Positions 24,830 through 36,400 of a DNA stretch of 64,000 nt are shown here, in pieces. A program made the position numbers and the translations under genes. Source of the stretch: Octopus sinensis (taxonomy: Eukaryota); contig NW_021832865.1 of NCBI RefSeq assembly GCF_006345805.1, positions 1 to 64,000 on the forward strand, in the 5' to 3' direction. Numbering within the stretch: position 1 is the stretch's first letter; every line of letters starts with the position of its first letter. Below the pieces are notes generated by a model. The model was not told the DNA's origin. It ran no database searches and was given only the letters and a program-made list of their open reading frames with translations.

Positions 24830-26824
24830 TCATCTGGTGGTCAATGAGGAAACTAGGGATAGATGAATGGCTGGTGAGGGCTGTGCAAGCCATGTACAGA
24901 GATGCCGTAAGTAAGGTTAGAGTTGGCAGCATGTACACAGAAGAATTCAAGGTAGAGGTTGGGGTCCACCAGGGTTCAGTACTCAGCCCCCTCCTATTTA
25001 TCATAGTCCTCCAGGCAATTGTGGAGGAATTCAAGACAGGTTGCCCCTGGGAGCTCCTCTATGCTGACGACCTCGCTCTAATCGCTGAGTCACTATCAGA
25101 ACTGGAGGAGAAGTTCCAGGTGTGGAAGGAGGGTTTAGAATCGAGGGGCCTTAGAGTCAACCTAGCTAAAACCAAAGTACTAATAAGTAGAAAGTTAGAA
25201 AATCCACAAATATCCTCAGGAAGATGGCCCTGCTCGATCTGTGGAAAAGGTGTAGGTAGAAACTCTATAAGATGTACCCAGTGTAAGCTATGGACACATA
25301 AGAGGTGCAGCAATGTCAAAGGTAGGCTAACTGGGAAGATAGTTTTTGTATGTGGCAGATGCTCTGGAGCATTGACCTCCGAAAATCTGCAGAAAACAAC
25401 TTCCGTCACTTTCCGGGGGGAAAAACTAGAAGTAGTTGATAGCTTCCGCTATCTAGGTGACCAAGTCAGTAGTGGGGGTGGGTGCGCTGAAAGTGTAACT
25501 GCTAGAATAAGAATAGCCTGGGCAAAGTTTAGGGAGCTCTTACCTCTGCTGGTGACTAAAGGCCTCTCGCTCAGAGTAAAAGGCAGACTGTATGATGCAT
25601 GTGTACGAACAGCTATGCTACATGGCAGTGAAACATGGGCCGTGACTGCTGAGGACATGCGTAAGCTTGTGAGGAACGAAGCCAGTATGCTCCGATGGAT
25701 GTGTAATGTCAGTGTACTTACTCGACAGAGCGTTAGTACCTTGAGAGAAATGTTGTACCTAAGAAGCATCAGTTGTTGTGTGCAAGAGAGACGATTGCGC
25801 TGGTATGGTCATGTGGCGAGAATGGATGAAGATAGGTGTGTGAGAAAGTGCCAATCCCTAGCAGTTGAGGGAACCCGTGGAAGAGGTAGACCCAGGAAAA
25901 CCTGGGACGAGGTGGTGAAGCACGACCTTCGGACGTTAGGTCTCACCATGGAAATGACTAGAGACCGAGACCTATGGAAGTATGCTGTGCAAGACCCGGC
26001 AAGACTAGTGAAGCCATAACCCGTGGCCCCTACCTGGGACATAGTCAGTCCACCTGTGCATACCTTCCTTCTTGTGACACTTGTGAAGACCTGTTGAGGC
26101 AAGTGAGAATCGAATCGAATCAAATCAAATCAAATCGAACCAAATCAAAATAGATGAACATCAATGGAATTTGTATCCTTGTGGTACCAGTGCCGGTGGC
26201 ACATAAGAAAACCATCCGAACGTGATCGTAGCCAGTACCGCAACGACTGGCCTCCGTGCTGAGGGCACATAACAAACACCATCCGAGCGTGGCCGTCCGC
26301 CAGCCCCGTCTGGCACCTGTGTCGGTGACACATAAGAAAACACCATCCGAGCGTGGCCGTCAGCCAGCCTCGTCTGGCACCTGTGCCGGTGGCACATAAA
26401 AAACACCATCCGAGCGTGGCCGTCTGCCAGCCTCGTCTGGCACCTGTGTCGGTGGCACATAAAATCACCCACTACACTCTCGGAGTGGTTGGCGTTAGGA
26501 AGGGCATCCAGCTGTAGAAACACTGCCAGATCTGACTGGCCTGGTGCAGCCTTCGGGCTTGCCAGACCCCAGTTGAACCGTCCAACCCATGCTAGCATGG
26601 AAAGCGGACGTTAAACAATGATGATGATGATGATGATATAATATGTAAAAAGCACCCACTACACTCTCGGAGTGGTTGGCGTTAGGAAGGGCATCCAGCC
26701 GTAGAAACACTGCCAGATTTGACTGGGCCTGATGAAGCCTTCTGGCTTCACAGACCCCAGTAGAACTGTCCAACCCATGCAAGCATGGAAAACGGATGCT
26801 AAACGATGATGATGATGATGATGA
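24830..26824 (+). mobile_element. 5'-truncated RTE-clade LINE (copy A), open ORF 24844-26019, duplicated 3' tail
   Basis: RT motifs GVHQGSVLSPLLF and LYADD, a C4HC3 finger and RRLRWYGHV. The 3' UTR has ~63-bp repeats. (GAT)n tails occur at about 26620-26637 and 26807-26826. Confidence 0.95.
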
Positions 26825-27204
26825 TGAGTAAACTGGAGGAAGACAGACCTTCAAGTGATTGGAAGAAAACAAATAAAGATCTTATATAGGGGCAGGAAAA
26901 TCATTTTAATCTTTAGGATCAATATGGATGTTAATCCAATCATAACAGTGGCATTTGTGGGCCTCACAGATCAGGAGGCAAAGCCCCCAGATCACAGGCT
27001 GTTGTTATCAAACTGAGTGTGAGTCGAGGGTGAATACACGACGGAATAGCAATAATTTCGTCTCAGCTTTCATTGATAATGCTAAACACGACATTTTTGA
27101 CTTATGATATGGAGCATTTCCTTTTCTTTCACTCTTTTTAAAAAATGGCCCTCCATTAGTTATGATGATGAGGTTCCTGTTTATCTGATCAACGAAACAG
27201 TCTG

Positions 27205-27410
27205 CTCATAAAATTAACGTGCAAGTGGCTGAATACTCCACAGACATGCATACCATAAGTTAGTTCTCAGGGAGATTCAGCCTCACACAGAATGTTACAG
27301 GGATGGCCCCTTTGAATTACAGCGACAACTCACTTTTGCAAGCTGAGTACACTGCAGCAAAGTGAAGTAGAGTACCTTGCTCAAAAACACAGTGCACCGC
27401 AGGGAATCAT
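27205..27410 (+). mobile_element. Uninterrupted copy of the SINE-like repeat that is split at 24756/26825
   Basis: Shares ataaaattaac..gcaagtggctga.tactccacag...attcagcctcacacag...actca.tttt.c.agctgagta.actg.ag with 24650-24756 joined to 26825-26840. Confidence 0.7.
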
Positions 27411-28193
27411 TCTCATGACTTTATGATCATGGGCCGAATGCACCTAAGCACCTTCACTCTCTTAACCGTAGAGAAAAGGATTGAAGTGAGAGAGACAGAG
27501 AAAGGAAAGCCTCAGTCATTTAAAATGACAATTAGACTGGAATACGATCGATCTTTCCTTGCTTCTTTACTCTTAACAATGAAGAAGAGGGAAAGTCTTT
27601 CATTCTGGCAGTTCTAGAACAATCCACTGTTACTTCTCTCTTCTTTCCTCCCACCTCCAGTACTTATTCACCTCCTTTCATAGTTCTTCATGTCTTTTAG
27701 TTGGGGGGAAAGACCACGTTTTTATTTTCAGGCATGTTTAATGTTTTCTCCACAAACTACAATCAAGCCCCACTCTGTTCCTTTTCTTTTCATACAAAAA
27801 CTAATCCAAATTTCGAACAGGGTACAGCTGTAAAAAGAGCCCAGAAAAATGAGTAATACCCCTTACAAAATGGGTGGGGGAGAAAAGTTGCGAACAGGTG
27901 GCTACATGAAGTTCAACTCTATTCCTTAAAGAGTGTCTTCTACGAAAGAGTGTCTACTGACCAAAGCCTCATGAGTGAATTTGGTAGATGGAAACTGAAA
28001 GAAGCCCATCATATATATATTAATGGGGAAAGCTTGGTCTGCAATGTTTGCAGTCGTGTACGCTTGTCAAGAGCATGCCTCGTCACTCACCAATAGAGCC
28101 ACAAATGCAAAATATAAGTTAGTCCTAGAGCATACAATGTTACTGAAGGTCAGCAATGGTCTTCCTTGGTCACGAGTGGACGGCCATCATATA

Positions 28194-28225
<32 letters not shown>

Positions 28226-28318
28226 AAATACATATACAAAATACATATATATACATATATATATAGAAATATTAAAATTTCTAAGTCTCTCTAAAGGAGA
28301 CTACGGCAGCGGTACTGG

Positions 28319-28770
28319 ATATTAATAGTTATCGCCAAGCTAATATGGTAGTCCATAAATATAAGACTAAAGTTGCCATTGATTAGCTCCAAGAGGCCAT
28401 CGCCTCTAGCTAGCTATATGACACACGAACCTGTGTCCATTATAACCTTCAAACAGAGGAGGTCAGCCGCTTCCCCTTGCTGGTCAGACATCTGCAGACA
28501 TGTTTCAGGGTATTTGCCCTTTATCAATGCAGAGTAGCCTGCTGGGTCTGGCTACTCTGCATTGATAAAGGGCAAATACCCTGAAACATGTCTGCAGATG
28601 TCTGACCAGCAAGGGGAAGCAGCTGACCTCCCCTGTTTGAAGGTTATAATGGACACAGGTTCGTGTGTCATATAGCTAGCTAGAGGCGATGGCCTCTTGG
28701 AGCTAATCAATGGCAGCTTTAGTCTTATATTTATGGACTACCATATTAGCTTGGCGATAACTATTAATAT
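28319..28770. repeat. 452-bp near-perfect palindrome (221-bp arms, 10-nt loop)
   Basis: Arms are 28319-28539 and 28550-28770, loop tgctgggtct. I count about three transition mismatches by eye. Confidence 0.95.
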
Positions 28771-29453
28771 ATATATATATTGGAAGGTTTGGAGATGATG
28801 TACAGGTATTATATATTAGAAGAAATGAGGTACTCAGAAAATTGGATGGTTTATATTTACAGATATTTATTTGTATATTACATGTTTTATACATCATATA
28901 ACTTAGATCATGTAATAGTGCTTTCTCCCATTCTAGTGGGGTTTTCAAATCAAACTAAGTTCCTGTGTGAGGAGTTTTGACCATTTTATAGTGGTATTGA
29001 GTTTGTAGTGGTGAGGAGGAATATAAGACAGTACAAGAGGGTGATGGATGAGGAGAAAGTGAGAGAGAGAACATGTGTGTATGTTAGTGTGTGTGTGTTT
29101 TTGTATTTGGGATGAGTGCTAAAGAAAAAGAGAGGAAGGGAGAGGGAAAAAGAAGAAAAGAATTTTTGGGGTCTGTTTTTGGGGAAAAAAGAATTTCAGT
29201 TTTGACCATTTCACAGTGTCACTGAGTGTGTGGTGGTGGGAAGGTAGACCATAAATTATATTTCTTTTTATCATTGTGAGAGAGTGTGTGTGTGTGTTTA
29301 ATGAGGGATGGTCAAATGTTTTTTGGGGTTTAGAGAAGAAGAATTCTTTTTATGATTGCTTTGTGGAAGTGTGTGTGTGTGTGCGTGTGTGTTTGTGGGT
29401 GTCTGTGAGTTTGGAGAAGGGAAGAGAAAAAATTGTGTTGATATTTATACCAC

Positions 29454-29503
<50 letters not shown>

Positions 29504-30044
29504 CACCATCATCATCGTTTAACGTCCGTTCTCCATGCTAGCATGGGCTGGACGGTTTGACCGGGGATCTGGGAAGCCAGAAGGCTGCACCAGGCTCCGG
29601 TCTTATCTGACAATGTTTCTACAACTGGATGCCCTTCCTAACACCAACCACTCTGTAAGTGTAGTGGGTGCTTTTTACGTGCCACCTGCACTGGTGCTAG
29701 GTGAGGCTGGCATCGGCCACGGTCGGATTGGTGCATTTTACGTGCCACCTGCACGGAAGCCAGTTGAGGCGGCACTGGCTTCGGCCACGATTCGGATGGT
29801 GCTTTTTACGTGCCACCGACACGGAAGCCAGTCGATGGCACGTAAAAAGCACCATCCGAATCGTGGCCGAAGCCAGAGGCTTATACATAAAAGATTAGAA
29901 AAAAACCACCTTTTATCAATTCAAAATGAACAATTAAATTACACCATCTAGAAAATTGCATATCAGAAAAGTTAAAATTAAAATTACAATTATAAAGTAA
30001 AGATTAAGTAAATTACAAAAATAATATAAAGTATATAACAGGTA

Positions 30045-30374
30045 ATATATATATACACACACACACATATATATATATACACACACACACACACATATAT
30101 ATATACACACACACATATATACACACACACACATATATATATACACACACACACATATATATATATACACACACACACACATATATATACATACACACAC
30201 ACATATATATATATACACACACACACATATATATACACACACACACATATATATACACACACACACATATATATATACACACACACACATATATACACAC
30301 ACACATATATACACACCACACACACATGTATATACACACACACACATATATATATACACACACACATATATACA

Positions 30375-30445
<71 letters not shown>

Positions 30446-30452
30446 CACACAC
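30045..30452. repeat. Compound (CA)n/(TA)n microsatellite
   Basis: Direct reading of the sequence. It lies in a ~560-bp insertion flanked by atcta on both sides. Confidence 0.95.
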
Positions 30453-30871
30453 AATACTAAATGTTCCACTATATTAAATTGTAAATTGAAAGATTTGTCC
30501 TTCAATCTATGATGAGTAAAATTTCATAAAGTCCATATTTGAAAAAGAGAGACTCTCCTGTATTGAGGTTACAAATGACAGAATACAAACGGACAACTAC
30601 TGAGTCTGTTCTTCAGCTGATTAAGTCTAATATCTCACTGATTGACAGTTAAATAAATATTAAGTTTTATCATGCAGGAGCAACTGGTTCCACAAATTCA
30701 AGTGAAATGGTTTCATTCAAATATTAGGATAGTCTTTGTTCAATGTTGTATTTTCAAAATCCAAAACATGTGTAGAACTCTGTGTGTGTGTGTATGTGTG
30801 TGTGTGTGTTTAATACAGTTTACTTAGAAAGTTTGGTCCTTCATCTGGTACAGCTTATTATAGAGATATTT

Positions 30872-31192
30872 TCAGCCATTTAATTTAGGGAAGAACTTAG
30901 CTATGAAATATTTTTCCATATTCCTCCTGAAAGAGGTGTTGTTCTTCGGACATTTGTAGAAGGGAAACATCTTAAATTTTCCTTCTCCACACGTAGCTAG
31001 GTGTGTACTTAGTAGTACCTTGCGTAGTTCTTCCTGCCGAACATGTTGTCGGTGAATCCTGGCTCGCTGGCACAAAGAATTACCAGTTTCACCTATGCAA
31101 TCCTCCTTGCACGTGGGGCAGATTATGCAGTATATAACGTTCTGTGTCTTGCAGTTCATATCTGCATTTACTTTAAATACGTCAATCAGCAT
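30872..31192 (-). CDS. Penelope-like GIY-YIG endonuclease fragment (CCHH-associated)
   Basis: NCKTQNVIYCIICPTCKEDCIGETGNSLCQRARIHR...STHLATC...NMEKYFIAKFFPKLNG: VIY/CIGET variant of GIY-YIG with a CxxC...H...H motif and terminal LN. Confidence 0.85.
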   Translation of the reverse strand: MLIDVFKVNADMNCKTQNVIYCIICPTCKEDCIGETGNSLCQRARIHRQHVRQEELRKVLLSTHLATCGEGKFKMFPFYKCPKNNTSFRRNMEKYFIAKFFPKLNG

Positions 31193-31719
31193 TTACTTTA
31201 ACTGTCAATCAGTGAGATATTAGACTAAATCAATTGAAGATCAGACAACAGACTCAGTAGTTGTCAATTTGTATTCTATCATTTGTAAATTCAACACAAG
31301 AAAGTCTCTTTTTCAAGTATGGACTGTATTAAACACACACACACACACACACACACAGTTCTACACATGCTTTGATTTTTGGAAAATACAACATTGAACA
31401 ACGGATATTCCAACATTTGAATGAAACCATTTCACTTTGATTAGTGGAACCAGTTGCTCCTGTAGGATAAAACTTAATATCTATTTAATCAGTGAGATTT
31501 AATCAGGATAAAACTTAATATCTATTTAATCAGTTGAAGATCAGACAACAGACTCAGTAGTTGTCCGTTTGTATTCTGTCATTTGTAACCTCAACACAGG
31601 AGAGTCTCTCTTTTTCAAATATGGACTTTATGAAATTTTACTCATCATAGATGGTGTAATTTAATTGTTCATTTTGAATCGATAAAAGGTGTTTTTTTTC
31701 TAATATTTTATGTATAAGC

Positions 31720-31753
<34 letters not shown>

Positions 31754-33410
31754 GTATAAATATCAACACAATTTTTCCCCTTCCTCCTTTTTTCTCTCTT
31801 CCCTTCTCCAAACTCAGACACCCACACAGACACACCTCCACAAAACGATCATAAAAAGTGGAAAGAATTCTTAAACCCAAAAAAGCATTTGACCATTAAA
31901 CACACACACACACACACTCACAATGATAAAAGGAAATATAATTTATAGCCTGCTTCACCGCCACCACACACTCAGTGACACTGTGAAGTGGTCAAAGCTG
32001 AAACTCTTTCTTTTTTTCCCAAGACCTTAGAACCCCCTTGGAGTCAATATTCTGTCCAGCAGACCAAAAAAATTCTTTTCTTCTTCCCTCTCCTTTCCTC
32101 TCTTTTACTTTAGCACTCATGGCAGATACAAAAACACACACACACACATGTTCTCTCTCTCACTTTCTCCTCATCCATCACCCTCTTGTACTGTCTTATA
32201 TTCCTCCCCACCACTACAAACTCAATACCACTATAAAATGGTCAAAACTCCTCACACAGGAACTTAGTTTGATTTGAAAACCCCACTAGAATGGGAGAAA
32301 GCACTAATACATGATCTAAGTTATATGATGTATAAAACATGTAATATACAAATAAATATCTGTAAATATAAACCATCCAATTTTCTGAGTACCTCATTTC
32401 TTCTAATATATAATACCTGTACATCATCTCCAAACCTTCCAATATATATATATATATGTGTGTGTGTGTGTATCATCATCATCATCATCGTTTAACGTCC
32501 ACTTTCCATGCTAGCATGGGTTGGACAATTTTGACTGAGGGCTGACGAACCAGATGGCTGCACCAGGCTCCAATCTTGATTTGGCAGAGTCTCTACAGCA
32601 GGATGCCCTTCCTAATGCCAACCACTACGAGAGTGTAGTGGGTGCTTTTTACGTGCCACCGGCACAGAAGCCAGTTGTCTGCTCTGGCAACGATCACGCT
32701 CGGATGGTGCTCTTGGCACCCTACCAGCACGAGGTTCAAGTGCCAGTAAGGCGACGCCGGTAATATATCACACTTGAATGGTTCCTTATATATATATATA
32801 TATGGACATATGTACATATGTATTTATATATATATGTCAGGTCACTTATGAGGTTCTCATAAGTGCTACTGGTAACATGGAATCCAGTAAAACATGTTGC
32901 ATGGTTGGGCTGTCGGCAACTAAACTGGCACACCCACCAGAATATCCTGGTGAGGACGGTTGCTAGAAACCCAGCAACATTACAAACAAGACCTGCTGAA
33001 AAGTCGGATGAACCTAATGCAATAGACCACGTATGCAGAATTTCTGGGATGGTGTCTGGCGTGCTGACAAACCACTGGGAGTGAGGTGCCCCTCAGCTTC
33101 TATTGAAGCATGTCTCTAGAAGAAGGTCACTTTGATATGAAACCAGATATGCAGGGAACGGCATTGGACATTTTGAGGATATTTGGTTTGTGCTAGAGAT
33201 CATTGCATTCCCACATCCCTAGCCTGTGGTGCATATTGGGATCAGACATATTGCTCCAGCTTGTCTCTGGATAATGTCAATAAAATGGAGAGGGTCTATG
33301 AGGTGTCGTGCAAGCCTTATTAGACCTACAGCTCTGGACAGGCATTGCTGACCTCTGTTCGATGTGTGCTGATTTTTTCCCCCAATATCTATGTGTATAT
33401 ATATATATAT

Positions 33411-36400
33411 ATCATCATCATCATCATCATCGTTTAACGTCCGCTTTCCGCGCTAGCACGGGTTGGACGGTTCGACCGGGTCTGGGAAGCCAGGGGCCGC
33501 TCCAGGCTCCAGTCTGAATCTGGCAGAGTTTCTACGGCTGGATGCCCTTCCTAACGCCAACCACTCCGTGAGTGGATTGGGTGCTTTTTACGTGCCACCT
33601 GCACAGGGGCCGGAGGGTCCGGCATCGTCACGATCGGTTCGAGCATTTTAACGTGTCAGCGGCACGGGGGCAACGAGGTCCGGGGTACTTTGGGGATCGG
33701 GGTACTTTGGGGATCCAGGGTACTTTGGGGATCCGGGGTACTTAGAATGGGTAGGGGGTATGTGGAATTGCTGCAGAAAGCAGCCCGGGTCTTTGTAGTC
33801 ACAGCATATCTCCAGAGATCTCGGTCCTTCGCCATTGCCTCAGTGAGGCCCAATGCTCTGAGGTCATGCTTGACCACCTCATCCCATGTCTTCCTGGGTC
33901 TACCTCTCCCCCTGATACCTTCAACTGTTTGGGAGTGGCACTTCTTCACACATCTCTCTTCATCCATCCGCAGCACATGACCATACCATCGCAAGCGTCG
34001 CTCTTGCACACCACATCTGATGCTTCTTATATCCAGCATTTCTCTCAGGATACTTACACTCTGTTTTGCGTGCACACTGACACTACACATCCAGCGGATC
34101 ATGCTAGCTTCATTTCTTTCAAGTCTACGCATGTCTTCTGCAGTCACAGCCCATGTTTCATTACCGTGAAGCATGGCAGTTCGCACACATGCATCATACA
34201 ATCTACCTTTTGCTCTGAGGAAGAGACCTTTTGTTGCCAGTAGGGGTAGGAGCTTTCTGAACTTTGCCCAGGCTATTCGTATTCTAGTGGTGATACTCTC
34301 TGTGCATCCACCTCCGCTACTAACTTGGTCTCCCAGGTAGCGGAAACTATCAACTACTTCTAGTTTCTCTCCCTGGAGTGTGATGGAATCTGTTTTCTGA
34401 GTGTCTGTTGTGTCTATTGTCCCTGTGCATCTGCCGCACATGAAAGCTATCTTATCTGTTAATTTCCCTTTAATGTTGCTGCACCTCTTATGTGTCCATA
34501 ACTTACATTGGGTGCATCTTATGGAGTTTCTACTGTACCTTTCCTACAGGTTGAGCAGGGCCACCTACCCGAGGGGATGTGTGCTGAGTACCTCTTGCTG
34601 CTTACTAATACTTTGGTCTTTGCTACATTTATTCTAAGGCCCTTTGATTCCAACCCTTGCTTCCACACCCGAAATTTCTCTTCTAGTTCCGGTAGTGATT
34701 CTGCTATGAGAGCTAGGTCATCGGCATAGAGGAGCTCCCAGGGGCATCCCGTTTTGAATTCCTCTGTTATTGCCTGAAGGACTATGATGAATAAAAGGGG
34801 ACTGAGGGCTGAGCCCTGGTGCACACCTACTTCTACCCGGAATTCTTCACTATATTCGTTGCCAATCCTAACCTTGCTGACAGCCTCTCTGTATAGAGCC
34901 TGTACAGCCCTTATTAGCCATTCTTCAATCTCCAGTTTCCGCATCGACCACCAGATAAGGGAATGGGGAACCCTGTCAAAGGCTTTCTCCAAGTCTACAA
35001 AAGCTATGTAGAGGGGTTTATCTTTAGCTAGGTACTTCTCCTGCAGTTGTCGGACCAGGAATATAGCATCAGTGGTGCTTCTACCTGGTACAAAACCGAA
35101 CTGCATTTCATCTAAACAAATTCTCTCCCTAATGAGATTGGTTATGACCTTCTCTGAGACCTTCATCACCTGGTCCAACAGTTTGATACCTCTGTAGTTA
35201 TTTCTATCTAGAGCATCACCCTTACCCTTGTAGCAGTTGACTATGGTGCTGCTGCACCAGTCATTGGGTATGACTCCATTGTGAACTACCTGGTTTACAA
35301 TGCGGGTGACTATGGCATAGCCCACATAGCCAGCTGTTTTAAGCATCTCAGCAGTGATTCCTGATAGGCCAGGGGCTTTGCCTGGTTTCATATCCTTAAT
35401 TGCCTTATCTACAAGGGAGCTATCTATTCGGGTAGCTGGTCCCTCTACTGGGTCAACATTTGGCAGGCTCTCCTCCTCCCATTCATTCTCCTCATTCAGC
35501 AGTCTTTCATAATGGCTTCTCCAAGCCTCTTTCTTTTCACTAGTAGTAAAAGCAAGTGCCCCATCATCCATGCGGACACATTTCTCTCCTATAACATCGC
35601 TATTTTCTCTGACACACTGTCTGGCAATCCGAAATACTTCAGCTCTTTGATCCTCGCGACGCTGGACATTGGCAAACTTCTTCTTTTCTGCTACATCTTT
35701 GGCAATGTATACCAGCCGCCCAGCCTCCCTTTTGGCTATCCGGTACAGTTCCCTGCTGCCCCCATCCTTCCAGGCTTTCCAGGCCCGTCTCTTTTCACAG
35801 ATGGCTTTATCTACTGCACTATTCCACCACCACGTAATTCTAGGTCTGGAAGGGACTTTGCACCATCCACAGACTTGGTCTGTGGCACTCAACAAGCTGT
35901 CCCGTAGGAATTCCCAGCTACCTTCTATGTCTGACGTCTGAAGCTCCTCCTCCCTCTCATCAAATTTCTTGATGAGTATGTCCCTAAATTTCTGACCATG
36001 CGAAGGGTTCTTTAGCCTCCAAATCCTTCTTTTCTGGATTGGTTTGTTTCTTGGAGTCCTTCTGGCCTCAAGCTTAAAGTCACTGATGATTAGTCTATGC
36101 TGAGGGATACATTCTTCACCGGGAGGGTCTTTGTATTCAAGAGCAACCCTGCATCCCGTTGTCTGGTGAGGATGAAGTCTATTTGGCTAGCGGAGTCTCC
36201 TGACTGATAAGTTATAAGGTGGCAGACTGGCTTCTTGAAGTTAGTGTTGCAGATTGAAAGGTTACATGCATCACAGAATTCCAGCAGTCTAGTTCCCTCA
36301 TCATTTCTGGTGCCAATACCATAGCCACCATGTACCCCAGTGAAGATACCCGATTCCCGCCCAACATGCCCATTAAAATCTCCACCTACAAAGATGAGGT

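Larger units (their letters stand above)
28771..32445. mobile_element. Penelope-like element remnant with large inverted duplication
   Basis: 28771-30818 (with later insertions at about 29505-29875 and 29951-30510) is the reverse complement of 31322-32445. A partial third copy lies at 31194-31325 and a GIY-YIG ORF sits in the centre. Confidence 0.75.

Noticed and set aside
29934-30505. Long Cys/Val/Tyr/Ile ORFs
   Set aside because: They are translations of (CA)n/(TA)n microsatellite.
32736-33340. Possible Penelope linker remnant on the minus strand
   Set aside because: Only a faint C-x-x-P-x-x-x-TC resemblance amid many stops.
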